Assembly: GCA_905182345.1 (NCBI GenBank)
Contig: CAJJBG010000015.1
Coordinates: 36,532 to 100,531, forward strand
Length of the DNA: 64,000 nucleotides
Direction of reading: 5' to 3'
From: Pelagibacteraceae bacterium AG-422-B15
GTDB taxonomy: Bacteria; Pseudomonadota; Alphaproteobacteria; Pelagibacterales; AG-422-B15
Within the stretch, counting starts at the first letter, position 1. Each line of letters opens with the position of its first letter. This document shows, piece after piece, positions 52,961 through 63,441 of the stretch. The notes under the pieces were generated by a model that saw nothing but the letters and a program-made list of their open reading frames with translations, made no database searches and was not told the origin of the DNA. The position numbers were made by a program, and so were the translations under genes.

Positions 52961-54373
52961 TTAAGATGAAGTAATAATTTGAGTTAAAACATTAATATCT
53001 TCATCAAATTTATTAGATTCCGACTTAAGTTGCTCAACTTTTTTTACAGCATGTATTACTGTTGTATGGTCTCTTCCACCAAACTTTCTTCCAATTTCAG
53101 GAAGAGATCTAGAAGTTAGCTTCTTAGAAAGATACATGGCGATTTGCCTTGGTCTAGCAAAAGATCTTATTCTTTTGGCTGACAGAATATCATCAATTTT
53201 TATATTAAAATAATTAGCAACTTTAGATTGAATTTCGTCAATATTAACTTTTCTGTTGCTAGATCTAAGTAAATCTTTAAGTACAGTTTGTGCCAGCTCT
53301 ATATCAATTTTTCTATTCATTAAATTTGCAAAAGTTACTACTTTATTTAAGGCGCCTTCAAGTTCCCTTACATTGTTAGCAATAGTTTTTGCTAAAAACA
53401 CTATTACTTCATCTGCTATAACTATTTTATTTTCATATTTAAAACTTAAATCGCGTGCTTTCTTTTTAAGAATTTCATATCTAAGCTCAAAATCAGCTGG
53501 TAGAATATCTGCCACTAATCCCCAGGAAAGTCTTGATTTAATTCTATCATCAAAGCTGTCTAAGTCACTTGGTGGTCTGTCTGAAGATATTATAATTTTT
53601 TTATTTAAATCTAATAATGAGTTAAAAGTATGGAAAAACTCTTCCTGTGTTGAAGATTTACCCATCATAAATTGGATATCATCAATAATTAAGACATCAA
53701 CTGATCGGAATTTTTGCTTAAAAGACATAGTGTCTTTCTGTCGTAAAGATTTAATAAACTGAAACATAAACCTCTCAGCTGAAAGGTATAGAACTTTAGC
53801 ATTGCTATTGTGTTGCTTAATTTCCCAAGCAATTGAGTGCATTAGATGGGTTTTACCTAAGCCTACGCCACCATAAATAAACAATGGATTAAAGTCAAAT
53901 TTCTCTGGTTGTGCCATTCTCTTTGCAGAGGCATAGGCAAGTTCATTGGGGTGACCAACAACAAATTTCTCAAATGTAAATCTTTCGTCAAGTGGCCAAT
54001 CGTCTGATTGTTGAGTATAAGAAATGTCTTTGTTTTTTCGATTTCTTTCTATGAATATTTCACTATTTACATCTGTTTCTTCTACTGCAAGCATTGCATC
54101 AACTATGATTTTGACTCTTTTAATCTCTGAGTTTTCCTCTTCAATATAAAAAATTATTTTATCAACGTAGTGCGCTGTAATCCAATCTCTAATAAATTTT
54201 GAAGGAACAGAAAAGACTAAGGTTTCCTGTTCTAGAGTCTTAACTTTTAAATTCTTTAACCAACTATTATAAATTTCATTACCATATTCTTTGTTAAGTT
54301 TTTTTAAAACTGAATGCCACGTCGTTTTGATATCTGAAACAAGAGCCTGTTGTGAATTTAAATCATGTATCAT
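52961..54373 (-). CDS. dnaA: Chromosomal replication initiator DnaA (start probably ATG 54373)
   Basis: NPLFIYGGVGLGKTHL, IDDIQF, QEEFFHTFN, NVRELEGAL, FGGRDHTTV. Confidence 0.97.
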   Translation of the reverse strand: MIHDLNSQQALVSDIKTTWHSVLKKLNKEYGNEIYNSWLKNLKVKTLEQETLVFSVPSKFIRDWITAHYVDKIIFYIEEENSEIKRVKIIVDAMLAVEETDVNSEIFIERNRKNKDISYTQQSDDWPLDERFTFEKFVVGHPNELAYASAKRMAQPEKFDFNPLFIYGGVGLGKTHLMHSIAWEIKQHNSNAKVLYLSAERFMFQFIKSLRQKDTMSFKQKFRSVDVLIIDDIQFMMGKSSTQEEFFHTFNSLLDLNKKIIISSDRPPSDLDSFDDRIKSRLSWGLVADILPADFELRYEILKKKARDLSFKYENKIVIADEVIVFLAKTIANNVRELEGALNKVVTFANLMNRKIDIELAQTVLKDLLRSSNRKVNIDEIQSKVANYFNIKIDDILSAKRIRSFARPRQIAMYLSKKLTSRSLPEIGRKFGGRDHTTVIHAVKKVEQLKSESNKFDEDINVLTQIITSS

Positions 54374-54724
54374 TAATTTTTTAGCCTTTATAAATATATT
54401 AAAAATTGTATCTAACTTTTGAATAAAATAACACAATTGTTTTTATTAATTTTTACAAAAAATATCTATACTAATTTAAAATAAATAATTTTAAAAAAAC
54501 TAAAATTTGAATTTTTTGAAAAATTAATAAAAAGAAATTTATTAATTTGAATTAACTTATCTTTAATAATTTTGAATCGCAATGAGAAAAATTAAAAATA
54601 TTTAATACCTAATTATTAGTAATATTTATCTATAGCTTTTTAATAAAAAAATAATGAGGTTAGGTTGTTATGTTTTGAATATGGATTGATTAATACTTTT
54701 AAGTATCAGAAAGAATGTAATTAA

Positions 54725-54988
54725 TTAATTTATAGCTTTAATTTTTTTTACAAGTCTTGATACTTTTCTTGCCGCTGTATTTTTATGAAGTATACCTTTG
54801 GCAACAGCACCCATAATTTCTGCTTCGGCCATTTTAACAGATGCTTGCGCTTCTGATTTTAGACCACTAACTATATCTAGTTCTGTTTTTTTGATGTAAG
54901 TACGATATCTATTTCTAACAGCCTTATTGATTGCTGTTTTTCTTTCAATTACTCGAACTTTAGTTTTAGCTGATTTTGTATTAGCCAT
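54725..54988 (-). CDS. rpsT: 30S ribosomal protein S20
   Basis: MANTKSAK, KGILHKNTAARKVSRL. Confidence 0.97.
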   Translation of the reverse strand: MANTKSAKTKVRVIERKTAINKAVRNRYRTYIKKTELDIVSGLKSEAQASVKMAEAEIMGAVAKGILHKNTAARKVSRLVKKIKAIN

Positions 54989-55019
54989 AATATACTTATA
55001 TTTTCTTTATTTAAGTTCA

Positions 55020-55853
55020 CTACTTCTGACATTTCTTACAGTAGAAGCTTGAACGCTGGGCTATAACTATTCGTAATATCTTAGATTGACAAGTTTTTTT
55101 TGAACAAAATTCTCCTTCTTTTCCATATACCTGAAACTCTCTTTGAAAAAAACCTAGATTACCGTCCACTAAAGAGTGGTCATTAATTGATGAGCCTCCC
55201 AGTTTAATTGAGCGTTTAAGTACTTTTTTAATAGATTTTACTAGCATGTCACAGTCTACTAAGCTTAAGAACCTTGCTTGACGACTTGGTCTAATTTGAG
55301 CAGTAAATAATGATTCTGAGGCATATATATTGCCTACACCAACTACTATAGATTGGTTCATAATTATTGACTTAATATCTGCTTTTCTGCCTTTCAGTCG
55401 ATCAAATAGATAGTTTTTTGTAAATAGTTTCGAAAGTGGCTCAGGTGCTAAATTCTTTATCAATTTATGATTGTTTAATTTTTTACTATCACACAATAAA
55501 ATTGAGCCAAACCTTCTTGGGTCTATAAATTTAAACTTTTTCTTATTGTTTGTAATAATTTGAAGATGCGTATGTTTAAATTCTATTTCATTAGAATTAA
55601 GATCTTCAATTGATACTCTACCTGACATTCCAAGGTGAATGATTACTGTTAAATTGTTGTCTAAATGAATTAATATATATTTAGCCCTCCTATCAACTGA
55701 AATTATTTTAGTATTAGTTATTTTTTTTTCTAAATTTGGATCCATTCTAAACCGCAAATCTCTTCGCTTAACTACAACATTAATAATTTTTTGATTTAGT
55801 AATTTTGACTTAATTCCTTGGGATACTGTTTCTACTTCAGGTAATTCAGGCAT
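55020..55853 (-). CDS. mutM: Formamidopyrimidine-DNA glycosylase
   Basis: MPELPEVE, HLGMSG, GVGNIYASE, C-terminal zinc finger. Confidence 0.97.
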   Translation of the reverse strand: MPELPEVETVSQGIKSKLLNQKIINVVVKRRDLRFRMDPNLEKKITNTKIISVDRRAKYILIHLDNNLTVIIHLGMSGRVSIEDLNSNEIEFKHTHLQIITNNKKKFKFIDPRRFGSILLCDSKKLNNHKLIKNLAPEPLSKLFTKNYLFDRLKGRKADIKSIIMNQSIVVGVGNIYASESLFTAQIRPSRQARFLSLVDCDMLVKSIKKVLKRSIKLGGSSINDHSLVDGNLGFFQREFQVYGKEGEFCSKKTCQSKILRIVIAQRSSFYCKKCQK

Positions 55854-55920
55854 AAAATAAGTATATATTTAAAAAATTTGAATTAGATAGTAAAAGTGAA
55901 CATTAATTCTAATATTATAT

Positions 55921-56601
55921 ATGGAAACAAAACAAGTCTTTGATGCAGTAGCAAATAAATATGATCTAATGAACGATATAATGTCCTTAGGTTCACATAG
56001 GTATTGGAAGGAATGTCTTATAGATTGGCTTGCTCCACAACCAAATATGAACATAGTAGATGTTGCAGGTGGTACAGGCGATATTTCTAAAAGGTTCTTA
56101 AAAAGAGTTAATGGAAATGGAATGGCCACAATATGTGATCCAAATGCAAACATGCTTGATAATGGTTCAAAAAAACGAGATGTTTTTGAAGATTGTATTA
56201 GCAGGTCCTGTGCGTTTGCTGAAGAACTTCCATTTAAAGATAACACTTATGATGCCTATATTGTTAGCTTTGGTATTAGAAACTTTGCTGATATTAGAAA
56301 AGGCCTAAGTGAGGCTAAAAGAGTTCTCAAGCCTAAAGGCAGATTTATGTGTTTAGAATTTTCTAAGTTAGAAAATAACCATTTAGCTAAACTATATGAA
56401 AAATATTCAATGCTTATTCCTAAAATAGGAAAGCTTGTTGTTGGAGATGAAGCGCCTTATCAGTATTTAGTGGATACTATTGAAAAATTTCCATCTCAAG
56501 AGAAGTTTGCAACAATGATAAAAGAAGCTGGTTTTAAAAATGTTGAATATCGCAACATATTTAATGGTGTTGTAGCCATTCACTCGGGTTGGAAAGAATA
56601 G
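55921..56601 (+). CDS. ubiE: Ubiquinone/menaquinone C-methyltransferase
   Basis: YDLMNDIMSLG.HR.WK, DVAGGTGD, FGIRN, CLEFS. Confidence 0.95.
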   Translation: METKQVFDAVANKYDLMNDIMSLGSHRYWKECLIDWLAPQPNMNIVDVAGGTGDISKRFLKRVNGNGMATICDPNANMLDNGSKKRDVFEDCISRSCAFAEELPFKDNTYDAYIVSFGIRNFADIRKGLSEAKRVLKPKGRFMCLEFSKLENNHLAKLYEKYSMLIPKIGKLVVGDEAPYQYLVDTIEKFPSQEKFATMIKEAGFKNVEYRNIFNGVVAIHSGWKE

Positions 56602-56605
56602 TATT

Positions 56606-58147
56606 ATGATTGCTAACTTACTATTTCTACTCAAAATTGTCAGAGTTTTTAAACGACATAATGTACTTATTCTTATTGAAAAAAATATTCGCTATAAAAT
56701 AATTTTTAGACTTTTTACTTTTCTTCTTGCCCCTACAACTTCAATTAAGTCTAAAGAAGGTATTCCAGATGGTATTAGGATTTCATCTGCTTTAAATGAC
56801 TTAGGTCCTTCATTTATTAAGTTAGGTCAACTTATATCAACCCGGCCTGATATCATTGGTAATAAAATTGCTGAAGATATGGCTATGTTAAGAGATAATC
56901 TTCCATCATTCCCAAAAGCAGAGGCAATATCAATAATAGAAGAGCAGTTTCAAGATAAAATTGAGAATATTTTTCAAAACTTTAGTGATCCAATTGCTGC
57001 AGCTTCTATTGCTCAAGTCCATTTTGCAGAAATAAAGGATGGTAATAAAACTATTCCCGTTGCTGTTAAAGTTTTAAGACCAAATATTATTGAAACAATC
57101 AGTGATGAAATGAGCCGCTTGGATTGGCTTACTAATTTTCTTGAGAATTTTAGAGAATTAAAACGGTTACAATTGAATTCAGTTATCAAAAAAACAAGGG
57201 AGATTATTAGGTTCGAATTGGACTTGAGGTATGAAGCTGCAGCAGCCTCAGAGTTGAAAGAAAATACAAAAAATGATCAAAGTTTTTATGTGCCAATAAT
57301 CTACTGGGAACATGTAGCTAAAAAAGTTCTTACAACCGAAAGAATTGATGGGATTCCTGCTGACAAAATAGATGATTTAAAACACAATAATATTGATTTA
57401 ATAAATGTTTCACATTTGTTAATTATTAATTTCTTAAGACAGGCTATTAGAGATGGTTATTTTCATGCTGATTTACACCAAGGTAATTTATTTATCAGTA
57501 AGACAGGGAATTTAAATGCCGTTGACTTTGGCATAATGGGAAGACTGGATAAAAAAAATAGAAGATTTCTAGCTGAAATTATTTTTGGCTTTATTAATCA
57601 AGACTATTATAAGATAGCAAAAATTCATAAAGAGGCTGGACTCATTGATAGTACTCAATCTATAGATGATTTCTCTCAAGCTTTACGATCAATAGGTGAA
57701 CCAATAATTAATCAAAAAGCAAAAGATATTTCTATGGGCAGAGTTCTTATGCAACTGTTTGATATAACCAAACAATTTAATATGTCATTACAGCCTCAGT
57801 TATTACTTTTGCAGAAAACTATGATTATAATAGAAGGTGTGGCAAGAAGGTTTAATCCTGAAATTAATTTTTGGGAAGTGTCTAAGCCTGAAATAGAGAA
57901 GTGGCTAAAAGATGAGTTGGGTCCATTAGCTAAGTTAAAAGAAACTGGAGAAGTTCTTCAGGCCTTAGCTAGGCGAGTACCTGATATACCTGACTTTCTG
58001 GACAGAGCAGAAAATGCTTTTGATATTATTATAGAAAATAAAGTTGCCTTAAAGAACAACAACAAAAAGATAAAATCGTCTAAAATCCTTTTAACATTAG
58101 CTTCTGGAGTAATAGCTCTAATTGTTACTTCTATCTTATTGATTTAA
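56606..58147 (+). CDS. ubiB: Ubiquinone biosynthesis protein kinase-like UbiB
   Basis: LGPSFIKLGQ, AAASIAQVH, VAVKV, FHADLHQGN, DFGIMGRL. Confidence 0.95.
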   Translation: MIANLLFLLKIVRVFKRHNVLILIEKNIRYKIIFRLFTFLLAPTTSIKSKEGIPDGIRISSALNDLGPSFIKLGQLISTRPDIIGNKIAEDMAMLRDNLPSFPKAEAISIIEEQFQDKIENIFQNFSDPIAAASIAQVHFAEIKDGNKTIPVAVKVLRPNIIETISDEMSRLDWLTNFLENFRELKRLQLNSVIKKTREIIRFELDLRYEAAAASELKENTKNDQSFYVPIIYWEHVAKKVLTTERIDGIPADKIDDLKHNNIDLINVSHLLIINFLRQAIRDGYFHADLHQGNLFISKTGNLNAVDFGIMGRLDKKNRRFLAEIIFGFINQDYYKIAKIHKEAGLIDSTQSIDDFSQALRSIGEPIINQKAKDISMGRVLMQLFDITKQFNMSLQPQLLLLQKTMIIIEGVARRFNPEINFWEVSKPEIEKWLKDELGPLAKLKETGEVLQALARRVPDIPDFLDRAENAFDIIIENKVALKNNNKKIKSSKILLTLASGVIALIVTSILLI

Positions 58148-58210
58148 ATAGAAATTAATAATCTTTTATTATTTTACATAGTTGAATGTTATCGTTAAAT
58201 AGCTTCTGAA

Positions 58211-59410
58211 ATGAATAAGCTTAAAAACATATTGTTAATAATAACTGGTGGAATTGCTGCTTATAAATCCTTGGAATTAATTAGGCGGCTTAAAGATCAA
58301 AATATTAACGTTACTTGTATTCTTACAAAATCAGGAAGTGAATTTATTACCCCTCTATCAGTTTCAAGCTTATCTGGTAATCATGTTTATTCCGATTTAT
58401 TTAATCTCACTGATGAAAACAAAATGGGCCACATTGAGCTCTCAAGGGCTGCAGATTTAATATTAATTGCGCCTGCAACTACAAATATAATTTCAAAAAT
58501 GGCATATGGCTCTTGTGATGATTTAGCCTCAACCGTTTTAATGGCAACTAATAAACCTGTTTATATTGTGCCAGCTATGAATGTTAGAATGTGGCATAAC
58601 CCTGCAACCCAAAGAAACATTCAAACACTAGTGGAAGATGGTGTAAAATTTATTGGACCAGATAAAGGGGATATGGCATGTGGTGAGTACGGACTAGGAA
58701 GAATGTCTGAAACACAAGAGATAATAGATACAATTCTTGAGCATGAAACTTCTTTGCTAAAACAACCTTTAAAAATGTTTTCTGCTTTAGTTACTGCGGG
58801 TCCAACCAGAGAATTAATTGATCCTGTAAGATATATTTCAAATAAATCTTCAGGCAAACAAGGCTATGCTATTGCTGAAAGTTTACATCATATGGGTGCA
58901 CGTACAACTTTGATTACTGGGCCTACCAACATCCCATTGCCAATAGGTCCGACAATAATAAAAGTTAATACAGCGGAAGAGATGTTAAATGCAACTGAGG
59001 CACTACTGCCTGTTGATATAGCAATATGCGCTGCTGCTGTCAGTGATTACAAAGCTAATCATGGGATCAACGAAAAAATTAAAAAAAATGGAGAGAATAT
59101 TACAATCGATCTAACAGAAAATCCTGATATTTTAAAAAGAATTGGAAAAAGAAACTCTAGTAGACCAAGTCTTGTAATTGGATTTGCAGCAGAAACAAGT
59201 GATTTGCTAAAGAATGCTAACTATAAACTTACAGCCAAGGGATGTGATTGGATTCTAGCAAATGATGTTTCAGACGGTAAGATTTTTGGAGATGATAATA
59301 ATAAGATTGAATTCATAACTAAACATAGTTCTCATTCATGGGAAAAAATGAGTAAAGAAAAAGTTGCTGAAAAATTATCTAAAAATATTATTAATTATTT
59401 TACATCTTAG
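58211..59410 (+). CDS. coaBC: Phosphopantothenoylcysteine decarboxylase/synthetase
   Basis: GGIAAYK, PAMNVRMW, ACGEYG.GRM, TAGPT.E.IDPVRYISN.SSGKQG. Confidence 0.97.
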   Translation: MNKLKNILLIITGGIAAYKSLELIRRLKDQNINVTCILTKSGSEFITPLSVSSLSGNHVYSDLFNLTDENKMGHIELSRAADLILIAPATTNIISKMAYGSCDDLASTVLMATNKPVYIVPAMNVRMWHNPATQRNIQTLVEDGVKFIGPDKGDMACGEYGLGRMSETQEIIDTILEHETSLLKQPLKMFSALVTAGPTRELIDPVRYISNKSSGKQGYAIAESLHHMGARTTLITGPTNIPLPIGPTIIKVNTAEEMLNATEALLPVDIAICAAAVSDYKANHGINEKIKKNGENITIDLTENPDILKRIGKRNSSRPSLVIGFAAETSDLLKNANYKLTAKGCDWILANDVSDGKIFGDDNNKIEFITKHSSHSWEKMSKEKVAEKLSKNIINYFTS

Positions 59411-59412
59411 TT

Positions 59413-59862
59413 ATGGTATCTAAAAAAATTTTTATTAAAGATGTATCAAATAATTCTGAATTTAAATTACCTAATTACGCATCAGCAGGTGCGGCTGGAA
59501 TGGACCTTTCTGCAAATATTCAAGAAGAGATAGTTATTGCACCTCTAGAGCGTAAGCTTATTCCTACTGGTATTGCTATTAGTTTGCCTAGTGATTTAGA
59601 GGCTCAAATTAGACCTAGGTCAGGACTGGCAGCAAAACATGGAATTACTGTCTTGAATACACCAGGGACAATTGACTCTGATTATAGGGGAGAAATTAAG
59701 GTAATATTAGTAAATTTAAGCAACGAGAAATATACAATTAATCCTAAAGACCGAATTGCACAAATAATATTTTCACAGTTTATTAGAGCAGACTTTAAAA
59801 TAGTTGATGACCTTGATCAGACCAACAGAGGTTTATCTGGGTTTGGATCTACTGGAAAATAA
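59413..59862 (+). CDS. dut: dUTPase
   Basis: AGMDL, RPRSG, GTIDSDYRGE, RIAQ, RG.SGFGSTG. Confidence 0.97.
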   Translation: MVSKKIFIKDVSNNSEFKLPNYASAGAAGMDLSANIQEEIVIAPLERKLIPTGIAISLPSDLEAQIRPRSGLAAKHGITVLNTPGTIDSDYRGEIKVILVNLSNEKYTINPKDRIAQIIFSQFIRADFKIVDDLDQTNRGLSGFGSTGK

Positions 59863-59878
59863 TTAAATTTTAGTTTAG

Positions 59879-61369
59879 ATGTCCAAAGAAGGTTTCATAG
59901 TTTTAGGTAATCACCTATTTCCACTAACTAATCTAAATAAATTTAAATCCTGTCATTTTTTTATGGCAGAAGATTATGAGCTTTGTTCTTATTTTAAGTT
60001 CCATAAACATAAACTTATTTTTTTTTTAGCATCAATGCGGAACTACAGAGATAACCTGCTCAAAAATGGATTTAAGTGCAATTATGAATTATTAGATAAA
60101 CAAAAGTTTAATGATAGTTATGAAAAAAAATTAAAGGGATTTACAGAAAAATTTAATATTACAAAAATTAAGATTTATGAAATACCTGACTCTTTTTTTA
60201 ATAAAAGAATTATAAAATTTTGTAAATTAAATAGCTTAAAATTAGAAATCATACAAAGTCCCATGTTTATGTCAGATAGAACTTTAATTAATGATTATTT
60301 TTCAAACAATAAAAAGCCTCTTCTAAATAATTTTTATAAATTACAAAGAATTAATAAAGATATTCTTATAAAAAATAAAAAACCTGTGGGTGACAAATGG
60401 TCATTTGACGATGAAAATAGAAAAAAATTACCTAAAGTTATAAATATTCCTAAAATACCTAAAATTAAAACAAATAAAAATACTGAAGACATTAAAATTT
60501 TAATAGCTAAAAAATTTAAAGTACATCCAGGATCTACAGAGAATTTTTTCCTCCCTACAGAAAGAAAATCAGCACTTGATTGGCTTAATAAATTTTTTGA
60601 AGAAAGGTTTAAAAATTTTGGTGACTACGAGGATGCCATGACTAAAGATTCAAATACAGTATTTCATAGCTGTCTTAGTCCATTACTAAATATTGGTTTA
60701 ATTACGCCAGAAGAAGTCATTGATACTGCATTAGAATTTGCCAAAATCAATAAAGTTTCTTTGAATAACTTAGAAGGATTTATTAGGCAGATAATTGGAT
60801 GGCGTGAATTTATAAAAGGCACTTATGATTACCATGAAGAAACGATGGTAAATACTAATTTTTGGAATCATAATCGTAAACTTACATCATCATGGTATGA
60901 TGGATCTACTGGGATAGAGCCCCTTGATCATATTATTAATGAAGTAAAAATAAGCGCATATACACATCATATTCCAAGATTAATGATCATAAGCAATATA
61001 ATGAATCTAAGTGGAATTAGTCCAAAAGAAATATATCGTTGGTTTATGGAAATGTTTGTAGATTCTAGTGACTGGGTTATGACACCTAATGTTTTTAGCA
61101 TGGGAACCTATAGTGATGGTGGAATATTTGCTACAAAACCTTACTTATGTGGGTCAAACTATATTTTAAAAATGAGTAATTTTAAAAAGGGTGAATGGTG
61201 TGATATTGTAGATGGTCTTTACTGGAATTTTATTGAACGTAACAGTGATATCATTAGAAAAAACTATAGAATGTCAATGATGGTTAATGCTTTGGGTAAA
61301 ATTTCTACTGAAAGAAAAAAACATATTTATAGCAAAGCAAATATTTTTATAAATCAAAATTCTCAATAA
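59879..61369 (+). CDS. Bacterial (6-4) photolyase/cryptochrome family (PhrB/CryB-like)
   Basis: LGNHLF, HKHKL, WSFDDENR, FGDYEDAM, EGFIRQIIGWREF, YTHHIPRLM, FVDSSDWV, TKPY. Confidence 0.88.
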   Translation: MSKEGFIVLGNHLFPLTNLNKFKSCHFFMAEDYELCSYFKFHKHKLIFFLASMRNYRDNLLKNGFKCNYELLDKQKFNDSYEKKLKGFTEKFNITKIKIYEIPDSFFNKRIIKFCKLNSLKLEIIQSPMFMSDRTLINDYFSNNKKPLLNNFYKLQRINKDILIKNKKPVGDKWSFDDENRKKLPKVINIPKIPKIKTNKNTEDIKILIAKKFKVHPGSTENFFLPTERKSALDWLNKFFEERFKNFGDYEDAMTKDSNTVFHSCLSPLLNIGLITPEEVIDTALEFAKINKVSLNNLEGFIRQIIGWREFIKGTYDYHEETMVNTNFWNHNRKLTSSWYDGSTGIEPLDHIINEVKISAYTHHIPRLMIISNIMNLSGISPKEIYRWFMEMFVDSSDWVMTPNVFSMGTYSDGGIFATKPYLCGSNYILKMSNFKKGEWCDIVDGLYWNFIERNSDIIRKNYRMSMMVNALGKISTERKKHIYSKANIFINQNSQ

Positions 61370-61418
61370 GAGAAATAAGCACTAATAATAATTCACTTAA
61401 GTTTTAATCTACTTCAAA

Positions 61419-62012
61419 TTAATCAAGATCTTCTGCAAGACTCTTCTTAACTTGATTTTCAACTAAAGCTTTATGTGCATATTTTGGATGATCCGTTCCA
61501 AGTTCTAAATTTATTTCTGAGTTCTTCAAATTTTGAGCATCTTCATCTTTTAATTTAAAGTGCAGAAAATGCACTGATGAAGTTTTTCCATCTTCGTCCG
61601 TTCTATCAACATCACCCTCAGGTATTGCATAGATTTTTGAATTACCAATTTGAATGTATATTTTATGTTCAACACCACCTAATTCACCTAATACTTTTTT
61701 TCTTATTATAGGATTATCAATTTCAAACATAAAGGTAGCAACAAGTTCATTGCCCTGTGGAATCATTGGATTATAAGCTGCTAATTCATCTTTTAATTGT
61801 TCATCTCCACCCTTTTCAATATACAACATTTCTTGTATTTGAGCTTTCATTGTAAAATAATTTTCAAAGTAAAAAGTCGCATGGGGGCCAAGGCTAATTC
61901 TTCTATCTTTTTTTACCTCTACAACATTTTTTCTTATTTCTTTTCTATCCAATGTGTATTGGTCTAACGACAATAAGTCTTCAGATGTAATTTGTTTTTT
62001 TGTATTAGTCAT
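61419..62012 (-). CDS. DUF3501 family protein
   Basis: KKDRRI.LG, FEN, QIQEML..E, ELAAYNP, KTSSVHFLHF; rubrerythrin operon context. Confidence 0.85.
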   Translation of the reverse strand: MTNTKKQITSEDLLSLDQYTLDRKEIRKNVVEVKKDRRISLGPHATFYFENYFTMKAQIQEMLYIEKGGDEQLKDELAAYNPMIPQGNELVATFMFEIDNPIIRKKVLGELGGVEHKIYIQIGNSKIYAIPEGDVDRTDEDGKTSSVHFLHFKLKDEDAQNLKNSEINLELGTDHPKYAHKALVENQVKKSLAEDLD

Positions 62013-62014
62013 AG

Positions 62015-63373
62015 TTATTTTCCTTCTTTTGTAAGTCCATAAGATTCTGCCATTAATTCTATTGGATGTTTTGGATTTATGTTTAATTCACCATCTGTAT
62101 TAGTGTCATTTATTAGTTGCCCTAAATGCTTACCAGCCAATGGACAGTCTGAAACAATATTTTTTTGCCCTTTGTTTTTTATTTGTCTTGCAGCCGTTTT
62201 CCCAAACTTAACTGCAACTTTATGCGTATCTTTCATGACACCGAATGTACCTCCATGACCTGCACATCTTTCGACAACCTCAACATTAGTTTCAGGCAAT
62301 AATTTTAGCATTTCTGCAGCCTTATTACCCATATTTTGCGCTCTTGCATGACATGCATTGTGTACTGTAATGCCTCCATCTATTGGATTTAGACCCTCTT
62401 TTAAGCCTTCTTTTTTTGCAAGTTCTACAACATACTGATCAATGTCAAACACATGTTGTGACAACTTAATAACTTTTTTATTATCAGGATTTATTAATGG
62501 CCACTCAGATTTTAGCATTAGGCCACAGCTCGCTGTCAAAGTTACTATGTCGTATCCTTCATCAATATATTTACATAATTCGTCTGAAACAATTTCTGAT
62601 TGTGATTTTACTTTATCTAATTCAGCTTGTTCTAAAAAGGGCATGCCACAGCATCCTGGATAAACAGGTTTAACTTCAATACCATTATTTAGTAATACTT
62701 TTTGAGCAGCTACGCCTACTTCTGTATTATTATAGTTTACATAACAAGTTGCAAACAGTGCTACTTTTTTTCCAAATCCTGGCGCCGTATTATTAGGGAG
62801 CATCTTTTCATCTTTTGATAGTCTAATAAAAGTTTTTTTAGCAAATTTAGGTAGTTCAACCTGCTTATCAATTCCAATAGTCTTCTCCATTAAAATTCTT
62901 GAAATTTTATTATTTCTTGATGAGCCCCAATTCGCAATTGATGGAGCAATACCAGCAACTTTTGCATTTCTATCAATTTTAGCTAGTTCTTTTGGAATTG
63001 CATTTAATTCATTTTTGCTGTTTTGAAGTTTTCTGTATCTAAGCATTAAATGTGGAAAATCTATATTAAGTTCATGCGGTGGAACGTAAGGACATTTAAC
63101 CATATAACACATATCACATAAGGTGCATTTATCTACGACCTTCGGAAATTCTTTACTATCAACTGAGGCAACATCCTCATCTTTTGATTCATCAATTAAA
63201 TCAAAAAGTGTAGGGAAAGAATCACATAAATTAAAACATCGTCTACAGCCATGACAAACATCAAACTGACGTCTCATTTCATCATCTACCGCTTTTTCAT
63301 CTAGATAATTTGGATTATTCCAGTCAATGATATGTCTTGTAGGTGCAGATAGACTGCCTTCTTTTTTATCCAT
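62015..63373 (-). CDS. Rubrerythrin-associated Fe-S oxidoreductase (GlpC/HdrD-like)
   Basis: CHGCRRCFNLC, CTLCDMCYMVKCP, CCGMP, CHAR, RCAGHGG, SDCP. Confidence 0.88.
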   Translation of the reverse strand: MDKKEGSLSAPTRHIIDWNNPNYLDEKAVDDEMRRQFDVCHGCRRCFNLCDSFPTLFDLIDESKDEDVASVDSKEFPKVVDKCTLCDMCYMVKCPYVPPHELNIDFPHLMLRYRKLQNSKNELNAIPKELAKIDRNAKVAGIAPSIANWGSSRNNKISRILMEKTIGIDKQVELPKFAKKTFIRLSKDEKMLPNNTAPGFGKKVALFATCYVNYNNTEVGVAAQKVLLNNGIEVKPVYPGCCGMPFLEQAELDKVKSQSEIVSDELCKYIDEGYDIVTLTASCGLMLKSEWPLINPDNKKVIKLSQHVFDIDQYVVELAKKEGLKEGLNPIDGGITVHNACHARAQNMGNKAAEMLKLLPETNVEVVERCAGHGGTFGVMKDTHKVAVKFGKTAARQIKNKGQKNIVSDCPLAGKHLGQLINDTNTDGELNINPKHPIELMAESYGLTKEGK

Positions 63374-63385
63374 AAAATAAGGTCC

Positions 63386-63419
63386 ATACCTTGAATCTAT
63401 TTTACTAGACTCAAGGTAT
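63386..63419 (-). other. Intergenic hairpin after rubrerythrin (no U-tract; possible mRNA stabiliser or partial terminator)
   Basis: Minus strand ATACCTTGAGTCTA-GTAAAA-TAGATTCAAGGTAT. Confidence 0.55.
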
Positions 63420-63441
63420 TAAGGGTTTCAAGTTAGTTTTA

